From Spirochaetia bacterium (GTDB taxonomy: Bacteria > Spirochaetota > Spirochaetia > UBA9216): 64,000 nt of DNA. Each line of letters starts with the position of its first letter. Positions within the stretch are counted from its first letter, which is position 1. Under the pieces are notes generated by a model. That model saw only the letters and a program-made list of their open reading frames with translations. It had not been told where the DNA came from and searched no databases. Where the stretch lies: positions 1,728,001-1,792,000 of the forward strand of contig CAXXYH010000003.1 in assembly GCA_963677925.2 (NCBI GenBank). Direction: 5' to 3'. The position numbers and the translations under genes were made by a program. Below are positions 45,646 through 54,363 of this stretch, piece after piece.

Positions 45646-46566
45646 ATGAACGGAACAGTTTTTGATTTTAAAAGATTCGCAGTGCATGACGGGCCTGGGA
45701 TAAGAACCACCCTATTCCTAAAAGGCTGCCCGCTGGGCTGTCTCTGGTGCCACAACCCCGAAGGTATTAATATCAAACTCAGTCTCTGGTTCTTTGAACG
45801 TAAGTGCATAGCATGTAAATCCTGTGTTGAAACCTGCAGCTTCGGAGCGCTTACAGCAGCATTACCCGGCGAGCCTTTTATAAAAATTGATCATGACAAA
45901 TGCACACGCTGCGGCGACTGTGTCGCAGAATGCCCTACAAAGGCGCTCAGCTTCGACGGATACTATATGTCGGTTGATGAGGCCGTAGAGGAACTGCTTA
46001 AAGACAGGGAATTTTATGAAACTTCAGGAGGCGGTATTACAATATCCGGCGGAGATCCCGTTTTTCAGCCTGATTTCAGCAAAGCGGTATTAAGCGCATG
46101 CAAAGAGCGAGGTGTCCACACTGCAATTGAATCATCCATGTTTACAAAGTCTGAAATTCTTTTAAGTTTTACCGAATGCACCGATCTATTCATAGTCGAT
46201 ATAAAACTGATTGATAACGAGATGCATAAAAAGTACACCGGAACCGATAATCGCATTATTCTTGATAACTTCAAACAGCTGTCTGCAGTCCATTCCGAAA
46301 TACTTGTTCGCATTCCCTTGATACCCGGAATAACAGCAACACCCGGGAATGTTGAAGCAGTTGCCTCCTTTGTATCGGAGACTGCGCCAGGAACGTCACT
46401 TGAATTGATCAATTTCAATCCTCTTGCGGAAAGCAAGTACCATACAATGGACAGGGATTATGAAGTGCTTATGGGACTTGAACCCCTTACCGAAGGGGAA
46501 CTGGATGAGCTGTATTCAATACTTGAGAAATACGAACTTAACCCCGTCAGAGAAAAGAAGATTTAA
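45646..46566 (+). CDS. Glycyl-radical enzyme activating enzyme (radical SAM with 2x[4Fe-4S] insert)
   Basis: HDGPGIRT, CPLGCLWCHNPE, CIACKSCVETC / CTRCGDCVAECP, GGITISGGD, RIPLIPG. Confidence 0.95.
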   Translation: MNGTVFDFKRFAVHDGPGIRTTLFLKGCPLGCLWCHNPEGINIKLSLWFFERKCIACKSCVETCSFGALTAALPGEPFIKIDHDKCTRCGDCVAECPTKALSFDGYYMSVDEAVEELLKDREFYETSGGGITISGGDPVFQPDFSKAVLSACKERGVHTAIESSMFTKSEILLSFTECTDLFIVDIKLIDNEMHKKYTGTDNRIILDNFKQLSAVHSEILVRIPLIPGITATPGNVEAVASFVSETAPGTSLELINFNPLAESKYHTMDRDYEVLMGLEPLTEGELDELYSILEKYELNPVREKKI

Positions 46567-46579
46567 GGCATATTAAAAT

Positions 46580-46618
46580 AAAAAAGGCTGAGCAGAACAA
46601 ACTGACTCAGCCTTTTTT
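46580..46618. terminator. Bidirectional intrinsic terminator between activase and GRE
   Basis: AAAAAAGGCTGAG...CTCAGCCTTTTTT. Confidence 0.88.
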
Positions 46619-46631
46619 ATCTGCAGATTAT

Positions 46632-49019
46632 TTACATTGTCTGCTCTGTCCTTGAAATAATATCATTCTGGGTTTCTGTTGAAAGGTTAGTGAAAAAAGC
46701 TGAGTATCCGGCAACCCTGACTACAAGATCGTTATACTCCTCAGGTTTCTCCTGAGCCTCAACAAGGGTTTCCTTATCAACAATATTGTACTGTATGTGC
46801 CAGCCCTTGAGATCATCAAAGAATGTATGCAGCATTGAAATCAGTTTTTCCCGGTTTGCATCTGAATCAAGAACTGCAGGTGTGAATTTCTGGTTGAGCA
46901 GTACTCCGCCCAGGATTCGGTCAGTCGGAAGCTTTCCGATGCTCTGAAGAACTGCTGTCGGTCCGCATCTGTCCGCACCGGCTGAGGGAGAGGCTCCTTC
47001 AGCAAGCGGAGTCCAGGCTTTTCTTCCGTCAGGAGTAGCCGGCACTACCGCACCTGAGGGAACATTACTTGAAATACTGGAAGTACCTCCGTAATAGCGG
47101 CAGCCGATTGCAGGGCTTCCCTTTCTGATAGTGCTGTATTTTTCAACCTCATCAAGGTATTTATCGTAGGCATCACCAAGCAGATTATCTACGTAATCTT
47201 CATCATTTCCGAACTTCGGGGCAAAGTTAAGAAGAATCTGTCTCAGCTTCTCACCTTCCGGCCCTGCGAAATCGTTTTCAATGGCATTCATGAGCTCTGA
47301 GGGGCTTATGCGCTTTTCTTCAAAAACAAGCTTCTTTATTGCAGCAAGAGAATCTCCAAGGTTGGCTATTCCAACCTGAAGACCAGATTCAAAATCATAC
47401 TTGCTTCCGCCTTCATGGATCGTAAGCCCGCGGTCAAGACAGTCATCGGTGAAGGCTGAACAGATAATATCGGGTGCTTCATCCCGCAGTACTACATCAA
47501 TTGCTGAATCGATTGCAACACCGGCCTTTGCAAAAAATCTCACCTGCTTTTCCCAGGCATCCATCACCTGGCTGAAATCGGTAAAATCGGTAAATTTTCC
47601 GGTACCGCTGCAGAAAGTTTTTCCGCTTACGGGATCTTTTCCATCATTAAGAGCCGCAAGGAAAACCCTCATAAAATTGAGAAAGTGCTTTCCGGTACAT
47701 CTGTATCCCCATTTACCGGGCACCGCTGTCTCAATGCATCCGATAGCCGAGTAATCCCAGGCATCTTCGGGTTCAACGCCGAGGTCAAGGAATGATGGGA
47801 TTACTATTGAGTCATTATTGAAAGCAGGCATACCGAAGCCCAGCCGGATTACCCTGATGCATTCACGCAGAAACTCGTTGTCAATTCCCGGATGAAAGCG
47901 GACTGAAAGATTCGGCTGGGTCAGTTTTGTCTCGCCTACTGATTTAAGAATCAGAAAGGATAAGTCGTTTACGGCATCTGAACCGTCCTGAAGCTGACCT
48001 CCTATCGTAACATTCTGATAAAGCGGTCCGCCGGCTGAAAACCGGGTATGCGACCAGGAGCGGATCTTTTTGATACTGACAAGTTTGAGCCAGAGGTTTT
48101 CAAGAAGTTCCATCACCTCATCATCATTTATCAGGCCCTTATCCGCATCCTCTTTATAGAAGGGATACAGATACTGATCCATCCTTCCAAGTGACAGAGA
48201 ATGCCCGTTGCTCTCTATCTGAAGAACAAGCTGCACAAAATATGTCAGCTGAAGAGCCTGGTAGAAGGTCTCAGGTTTACCTGCAGATATGCTGCGGCAG
48301 TTCTTTTCTATTTTTTCAAGCTCTGCTTTCCGCTGCTCACCGGTTTCGGTTCGGCTCATTTCCAGTGCAAGGTCTGCAAAACGGAGTATAAAATCCTGCA
48401 TGGCTTCAAGGCTCATTATAACCGACTGGTAAAACAGCCGCTTTTTAATGTCCTCGCCTGATATAAAATCCGAGGTTTCAAGTTTATCTGAAGCTTTTTT
48501 CTTAAACCACTCCAGGCCGTTTTCAAGAATGAGTCTGAAATGGGCGGCTATGTGCGCATCACCGGAGGTCAAATTTCCTTCAGCCCGAATTATTCCTGTT
48601 TCGTGAATTTCCAGAAGTTCCTCTGCCATCATTGCTCGGCCCTTATCAAGGGTGGTTTTATTTTCCCAGTATCTGCAGAGTTCAAGAAGCTCTTTTTTTA
48701 TTTCATCTGAGGGGTAGAAGGCATCACCGCTTCTTTTCTCAAACTCATCGATTTCTTTTTCAATCCACTCAACAGCATATTCGGGGAAAATCGGAGCAGC
48801 ATAAATAGCAGAAGAATGGTTTCCAACTATCAGATCTTCCGGTTCTATCCTGATACTCATGTTTTCCAGAGTATCCCGGAGAGCATAAGCTCTTTTTATG
48901 ATTACCGGTTTGTCCTCATGCTTTTTATAGGCTTCAGTATAAAACCGAGCCCTTTCAATACACACTGTAGGTTTAGTTTTGAGAATTCTTTCCCGATAGC
49001 TGCTGATTCTGCCAGTCAT
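46632..49019 (-). CDS. ybiW: Glycyl radical enzyme, YbiW/PflF (PFL2) clade
   Basis: RVAGYSAF glycyl loop; single-Cys IGCIETAVPGKWGYRCTG; GNLTSGDAH; QIESNGHS; LYQNVTIGGQ; ILGGVLLNQK. These match my recollection of E. coli YbiW signatures. Confidence 0.82.
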   Translation of the reverse strand: MTGRISSYRERILKTKPTVCIERARFYTEAYKKHEDKPVIIKRAYALRDTLENMSIRIEPEDLIVGNHSSAIYAAPIFPEYAVEWIEKEIDEFEKRSGDAFYPSDEIKKELLELCRYWENKTTLDKGRAMMAEELLEIHETGIIRAEGNLTSGDAHIAAHFRLILENGLEWFKKKASDKLETSDFISGEDIKKRLFYQSVIMSLEAMQDFILRFADLALEMSRTETGEQRKAELEKIEKNCRSISAGKPETFYQALQLTYFVQLVLQIESNGHSLSLGRMDQYLYPFYKEDADKGLINDDEVMELLENLWLKLVSIKKIRSWSHTRFSAGGPLYQNVTIGGQLQDGSDAVNDLSFLILKSVGETKLTQPNLSVRFHPGIDNEFLRECIRVIRLGFGMPAFNNDSIVIPSFLDLGVEPEDAWDYSAIGCIETAVPGKWGYRCTGKHFLNFMRVFLAALNDGKDPVSGKTFCSGTGKFTDFTDFSQVMDAWEKQVRFFAKAGVAIDSAIDVVLRDEAPDIICSAFTDDCLDRGLTIHEGGSKYDFESGLQVGIANLGDSLAAIKKLVFEEKRISPSELMNAIENDFAGPEGEKLRQILLNFAPKFGNDEDYVDNLLGDAYDKYLDEVEKYSTIRKGSPAIGCRYYGGTSSISSNVPSGAVVPATPDGRKAWTPLAEGASPSAGADRCGPTAVLQSIGKLPTDRILGGVLLNQKFTPAVLDSDANREKLISMLHTFFDDLKGWHIQYNIVDKETLVEAQEKPEEYNDLVVRVAGYSAFFTNLSTETQNDIISRTEQTM

Positions 49020-49044
49020 AATAGCTCCATATATTTTTGTATTT

Positions 49045-49073
49045 ATAGTATTTACTTTTCATATGAAAGTCAA
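49045..49073 (-). promoter_or_regulatory. GRE promoter with palindromic operator in the spacer
   Basis: TTGACT-N17-TACTAT with TTTCATATGAAA (49057-49068) between the boxes. Confidence 0.75.
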
Positions 49074-49207
49074 TAAATCATAATTGCAAATTCTAAATAT
49101 TAGCCTTTTTATATACATTTATCCTGCTCTTTTACAATTTTCAGGCCAGGACTGCTTCAAAACAGGGCAATATGAATTGCTTTTATAACATTACAGAATT
49201 ATTAAGA

Positions 49208-49249
49208 TTGACAAGCCTCTTTCACTGCCTTATCATCTTTATACGAAAG
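49208..49249 (+). promoter_or_regulatory. Promoter of the AroE-like/SDR operon with an operator-like site
   Basis: TTGACA-N17-TATCAT followed directly by CTTTATACGAAAG. Confidence 0.68.
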
Positions 49250-49307
49250 TTATTTATTATCATTTAAACTTTATATATTTTCTTTCAAATAAAACAGGAG
49301 AGCAGTT

Positions 49308-50171
49308 ATGAAAGAACAGAATTATCTGGATAATCTGGTCGGCGTATTCGGCCATCCGGCAGCAGAAAACCCCGGAGTAGTCATACAGGAGGCTGCATTT
49401 GAAGCTATGGGCCTTGAACGCTGGCGCTTTCTTACAATTGATGTTGATCCAGGAAAACTTGCAGATGCCATAGCAGGACTGAAAGCAATGAAAATGAAGG
49501 GCATAAACTGCACAATCCCTCATAAAATTGAAGTTCTTAAATATCTTGATGAAATATCTCCAAGCGCAGAGCTTATCGGTGCAGTGAACATGATAGTAAA
49601 CAAGAACGGAAGACTTTTCGGTGAAAACACCGACGGCAAGGGCTTCATGGAATCACTAAGAAACTCCGGAATCTCTCCTGAAAACAAGAAGGTTTTAATT
49701 CTTGGCGCAGGCGGCGCAGCCCGCGCAATATCAGTCGAACTGGCCTTTGCCGGAGCAGAGCGGATAACCATTGTTAATATCCCCAGGGATGAAGATCTTG
49801 CAGTATCACTGATAGAAACATTAAAGGCCAACACAAAGGTAAACGCGGAATATGTGCCATGGACTGAAAATTTCTCAGTTCCGGAAGATACGGAAATTCT
49901 CATTAATGCGACGCCAATCGGACTGTATCCGGATGTTGATGAAAAACCGCCTATCAACTATGATTCAATCCTGCCCGGAATGTATGTTCAGGATGTAATT
50001 CCAAACCCTGCGTACACACCCTTTCTTGACGAAGCCAAAAAACGGGGTGCCGGATGGAGCACCGGCATGGGAATGCTTATAAATCAGGCAGCTATAAATA
50101 TAAAGATGTGGACCGGCAAAGACCCTGACAAGGAAGTTATGACAAAGGCTTTTCAGGAAGTCATAGGCTGA
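49308..50171 (+). CDS. Shikimate/quinate dehydrogenase-like (AroE/YdiB superfamily) oxidoreductase
   Basis: NCTIPHK, GAVN, NTDG, LGAGGAARA, INATPIG, GMLINQA; HSxSP replaced by AENPG. Confidence 0.85.
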   Translation: MKEQNYLDNLVGVFGHPAAENPGVVIQEAAFEAMGLERWRFLTIDVDPGKLADAIAGLKAMKMKGINCTIPHKIEVLKYLDEISPSAELIGAVNMIVNKNGRLFGENTDGKGFMESLRNSGISPENKKVLILGAGGAARAISVELAFAGAERITIVNIPRDEDLAVSLIETLKANTKVNAEYVPWTENFSVPEDTEILINATPIGLYPDVDEKPPINYDSILPGMYVQDVIPNPAYTPFLDEAKKRGAGWSTGMGMLINQAAINIKMWTGKDPDKEVMTKAFQEVIG

Positions 50172-50189
50172 GTCCGTAAAGGATACAAC

Positions 50190-51056
50190 TTGAAAAGGAT
50201 TTTAGTAACAGGCAGCAGAGGATTCGTAGGCAGCAGGTTTATCCGTGCATACGGTGATATTTTCAGCATTACCGGGACATCATCTGTGGAACTGGATCTT
50301 AAAAACTACAGTGCAGTGCTTGAGACCTTTAAAAACGTAAAGCCTGATATTGTACTGCACACATCAGCAATCGCCCAGACCGCATACTGCAACGATAATC
50401 CTGAACTCTGCCATGCAGCCAATGTAGATGCTTCACTGAATATAGCCAGGGCATCTGATATCTCAGGAGCAAGATTCGTTTTCCTGAGCACCGAGCAGGT
50501 TTTTAACGGCAACAGCAGTCCCGGTCCCTACAGTGAAACAGATAAAGCAGAGCCTGACACCGTATACGGACAGAACAAGCTTGAAGCCGAAGGACAGATT
50601 CAGGCAGTCTGCAGTGACAGCCTTATACTCCGGCTTACCTGGATGTTCGGTGTACCGGAAAACGGAAGCCCCGTATCCGATAACATCCTATGGGGGACAC
50701 TGAAAAACATCATAAAAGGAAAACCTTTCAAGGTTCCGGACAATGAATACAGGGGTCTCACATATATCGGGGATCTAATAAGGGAATTCAGCAGGATTCT
50801 GGAACTTCCCGCCGGTATTTATCACACAGGCTCAGAAAACAGCCTCAGCAGATATGAAACGGTCCGGCTGATCTTCAATGAAGCAGGCCTCGGGGATAGA
50901 TTTGACGAGCTTGTAATCAGGGATACTGAGAAGTACAGGGATGCAGCCAGGGATATAAGACTTGATACATCAAGGCTGAAATCAGCCGGCATTACATTTC
51001 CTGAAAGCACTGAAGCACTGGCCGCCTGCATCAGAGACTACAGCCTTACCTTCTGA
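50190..51056 (+). CDS. RmlD-like extended SDR oxidoreductase
   Basis: TGSRGFVG, STEQVFNG, YGQNK (YxxxK), ILRLTW; TTG start. Confidence 0.82.
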   Translation: MKRILVTGSRGFVGSRFIRAYGDIFSITGTSSVELDLKNYSAVLETFKNVKPDIVLHTSAIAQTAYCNDNPELCHAANVDASLNIARASDISGARFVFLSTEQVFNGNSSPGPYSETDKAEPDTVYGQNKLEAEGQIQAVCSDSLILRLTWMFGVPENGSPVSDNILWGTLKNIIKGKPFKVPDNEYRGLTYIGDLIREFSRILELPAGIYHTGSENSLSRYETVRLIFNEAGLGDRFDELVIRDTEKYRDAARDIRLDTSRLKSAGITFPESTEALAACIRDYSLTF

Positions 51057-51092
51057 TTGATTGGATCGGCGTTCCCGGTATATTATCTGTTT

Positions 51093-51515
51093 ATGGTAAG
51101 CCCCGATCTTCTTGAAAAAGATATCGAAAAAAGCGGAGTATTCTCATTCTCCAGATCAGCCGGTCCCGGCGGTCAGAACGTCAACAAGGTCAACAGCCGG
51201 GTAACTCTTACTGTTCCGGTTGAAGAGATCTACTCACTCAGTATTGAAGAGAAAGACCGTCTCAGAAGAAAACTGGCAGGAAGAATAAACACAAAGGATG
51301 AGCTGTTCATAAGCGTCCAGCAGGAACGCTCGCAGCTTCGAAACCGTGAAATAGCAGTAGAAAACCTGACCCTGCTGATCTGCGACAGCCTTCGAAGAAA
51401 CAAGAAGCGAAAAAAAACAAAACCCTCACGCGCCGCTGTCGAAGCCCGAATAGCCGACAAAAAACGGCGCGCCGGCATTAAAAAGAACCGTAACTTCAGC
51501 AACGGAGATTATTAA
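51093..51515 (+). CDS. arfB: Alternative ribosome-rescue peptidyl-tRNA hydrolase ArfB
   Basis: SRSAGPGGQNVNK, RSQLRN, basic tail RKKTKPSRAA...KK.R; ATG at 51093. Confidence 0.93.
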   Translation: MVSPDLLEKDIEKSGVFSFSRSAGPGGQNVNKVNSRVTLTVPVEEIYSLSIEEKDRLRRKLAGRINTKDELFISVQQERSQLRNREIAVENLTLLICDSLRRNKKRKKTKPSRAAVEARIADKKRRAGIKKNRNFSNGDY

Positions 51516-51517
51516 CT

Positions 51518-52990
51518 CTAACTGTACTTCTTCAGAAGTCCTGTTTTTTCGTTGAACTCCCTGATTTTATCATCCCACTCATCAGCCTTTGAGAACTGGT
51601 CAGTCCAGTAGGTATCATCGTACCACTGGGCATTGAGCTCTTCGACAGTCTTGCCCTGCTGTTCAACCCAGGTGAAATACTTCAGATTATGCATTCGCTT
51701 GCGCTCATAATAGGTGGTCTCAATCATGTTTTCTGTTCCGCAGCCCATCAGGTATCTCTCGTAGCATACTGCTGCCTTCTCATGACTGTACTTACCGTAT
51801 TTCTGATCATACTCGGCAAGCCTGGACTGATACATCTCCATGGAGTCGGTAGCAAGAGAGAAAACGGTGTCGTTCCCGTTCATCTCATAGTATTTGGCCA
51901 TCTTGACTGCCCCGAGCATGTTTGCAATCGAGGATATTCCCAGATATGGAAGTCTTGCAATTACCTCATCGGCTACCCCCTTCTCTTTAAGGTAGGTCTG
52001 CCCTTCCTTCTCATTGAACAGCCGCATTATTCTGATGACAGCCTCATCATCTATACCGGCAGCCATGTCGGTGTTTTTAAGGTTATGAACCCAGGGTACA
52101 TGCTTGTCGCCGATTCCCTCTATTCTGTGGCCGCCGTAACCGTTGTACAGCAGGGTCGGACACTGAAGCGCCTCACCTGCACAGATCTTAAGCTGTGGGT
52201 GTACTGTTTTCAGATACTCTCCGGAACCAAGAGTACCGGCAGAGCCCTGTGTAAGAAAAAGGGCACTGAATCTCTGGCCCGGCTTTTTGTTTTTATTAAA
52301 AACTTCCTCCATCGCAGGTCCGGTAACAGCATAGTGCCACATCGGGTTGCCGATTTCTGAAAACTGGTTAAGGTTTACTATCTGATCGCCGCGTTCGGCT
52401 TCAAGCTCCTTGCACTTGTCATATATCTCTTTTACATTGCTTTCACAGCCATGGGTTGCAAAGACCTCTGCACCCAGATTATGAAGCCAGTCAAAACGCT
52501 CTTTGGACATCTCTTCCGGCAGAATGGCAATTGAATCACAGCCCAGCAGGCATGAATTGTATACTCCGCCCCGGCAGTAGTTTCCGGTAGACGGCCAGAG
52601 GGCCTTCTGTTCAGTCGGGTCAAAATGGCCTGAAACAAGCTTCTCAACAAGGGGGCCGAATGTCGCGCCGACCTTGTGGGCACCGGTCGGAAAGAATTTT
52701 CCTATCAGAAGAAAAATCCTGGCTTTGACTCCTGTTATCTCTGAAGGCATCTCAATATAGTTTACGCCTCCGAAACCTCCGCCCCTTTCAACCGGCTCAT
52801 TTTTCCATGTTATCCGAAAAAGGTTGAGAGAATTAAGATCCTGCATTCCGACATTTTTAAGCTCATCCGCAATCCCTCCGGGTATCAGTTCAGGATTTTT
52901 CATCTGTGCGTAAGTAGGGATTATGATATTTCTTTCCCTGCATCTTTTAATGGTATTTTCCAGGACCTTGTCGCTTGATTTCATCATCAA
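51518..52990 (-). CDS. Fold-type II PLP-dependent enzyme (cysteine-synthase/TrpB-beta superfamily), function unassigned
   Basis: FPTGAHKVGA (PLP Lys), PSTGNY, GSAGT, HRIEGIGDKH, GISS. Confidence 0.82.
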   Translation of the reverse strand: MMMKSSDKVLENTIKRCRERNIIIPTYAQMKNPELIPGGIADELKNVGMQDLNSLNLFRITWKNEPVERGGGFGGVNYIEMPSEITGVKARIFLLIGKFFPTGAHKVGATFGPLVEKLVSGHFDPTEQKALWPSTGNYCRGGVYNSCLLGCDSIAILPEEMSKERFDWLHNLGAEVFATHGCESNVKEIYDKCKELEAERGDQIVNLNQFSEIGNPMWHYAVTGPAMEEVFNKNKKPGQRFSALFLTQGSAGTLGSGEYLKTVHPQLKICAGEALQCPTLLYNGYGGHRIEGIGDKHVPWVHNLKNTDMAAGIDDEAVIRIMRLFNEKEGQTYLKEKGVADEVIARLPYLGISSIANMLGAVKMAKYYEMNGNDTVFSLATDSMEMYQSRLAEYDQKYGKYSHEKAAVCYERYLMGCGTENMIETTYYERKRMHNLKYFTWVEQQGKTVEELNAQWYDDTYWTDQFSKADEWDDKIREFNEKTGLLKKYS

Positions 52991-53174
52991 CCTCTCTGTA
53001 TCAAATAATATTTTAGTTTAACACAGCTTATTCAGCACAGCAACGATGAAAATATCAGCAATTTTTACACAAAATATTTACATTAACATTAATATTTCTT
53101 GCAAATATTTAGCTATACACAATTATATTGCGGCATCCATTATGCAGTATTATAATTAACGAAGGAGGTTCCCC

Positions 53175-54363
53175 ATGAAAATCCTTATTGCAGACAGTCT
53201 GTCTGAAAATGCCGAAAAAAAAACTGAAATCCGCCGGTATGGAAGTCACCTCGGAACCGGGACTTACTGCCGATATCCTGCCGGAAAGAATTGAACCCTT
53301 TGACATCCTTATCGTCCGCTCAACAAAGGTCACTGCGGCGGCGATAGAAGCAGGCAGGAACCTCTCGCTTATCATCAGAGCCGGTGCAGGCGTCAATACA
53401 ATAGACCTGGCAGCCGCGTCAAAGCTTGGAATCCATGTTGCAAACTGTCCGGGCAAAAATACAGCAGCCGTAGCCGAACTTGCAATGGGACTGCTGATTG
53501 CAGTCGACCGGAACATTGCTGCCTGTACCGCCGATTTAAGAGCCGGAATATGGAACAAGAAACTTTACAGCAAGGCAGGAGGCCTGAAAGGCAGAACACT
53601 GGGCATCATAGGGATGGGAGCAATAGGTGCCGCGGTTTCAGAAAGAGCAAAGGGTTTCGGCATGAAAACCGCAGCATGGTCGAGAAGCCTCAATCCTGAA
53701 AAGGCAGAAGAGCTCGGCGTTGAATACTGCAGTACACCTGAAGAACTTGCAGAAATAAGCGACGCGGTTTCGGTGCACCTCGCAGCTTCTGCCGACACAG
53801 TCCACTTCATTGGAACCAGATTCTTCGGTGCCATGAAACCAGGCAGTATCTTTATCAATACTTCAAGGGGTGAAATAGTAGATACAGCGGCCCTGAAGGA
53901 AGCAGTCAAAGCCAGGGGTATAAAAGCGGCTCTTGATGTGTATGAAGATGAACCCTCCGCCTCATCAAAAGAGTTCACAGACACTGAACTTGCCGGGCTG
54001 ATTACCGGAACACACCACATAGGCGCCTCCACAACACAGGCCTCTGAGGCAATTGCAATGGAAACAGTACGTGTCATATCAGAATACCGTCGTACAGGAA
54101 TTCCGCCTAACGTAGTTAACCTCAGAAACAAACCCGAAAATGATATAAACCTGGTTGTAAGACATTTTAATCACGTCGGAGTACTTGCAGGCGTGCTGGA
54201 TGAAATAAGAACAGCCGGTATAAACATAGAAGAAATGCAGAACAGTATATTCGAGGGAGATAAAGCCGCGGTATGTACGATAAAACTTGATGATATACCC
54301 GGAGAGCAGCTGATAAAAACAATCGCAGAATCAGAACATATCATCAATATTTCGGTAAAATAA
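53175..54363 (+). pseudogene. D-3-phosphoglycerate dehydrogenase-like (SerA type with ACT domain), frameshifted at A9 tract 53215-53223
   Basis: GAAGGAGG then ATG 53175 gives MKILIADSLSENAEKK. The rest (VRS, RAGAGVN, GMGAIG, NTSRG, HHIGAST, ACT) is in the +1 frame; the zero frame stops at 53292-53294. Confidence 0.75.

Noticed and set aside
46632-49019. Pyruvate formate-lyase, or diol/glycerol dehydratase
   Set aside because: The loop has a single Cys (GCIE) rather than the PFL Cys-Cys pair. The KWGYRCTG and SGDAH signatures point to the YbiW clade, and there are no microcompartment genes.
50190-51056. dTDP-rhamnose / O-antigen biosynthesis locus
   Set aside because: No rmlABC or glycosyltransferase genes are nearby.
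53188-53214. TTG start at 53188 as the true start of the serA-like gene
   Set aside because: It has no SD and gives an atypical N-terminus. The SD-ATG at 53175 gives the family-typical start, which implies a frameshift.
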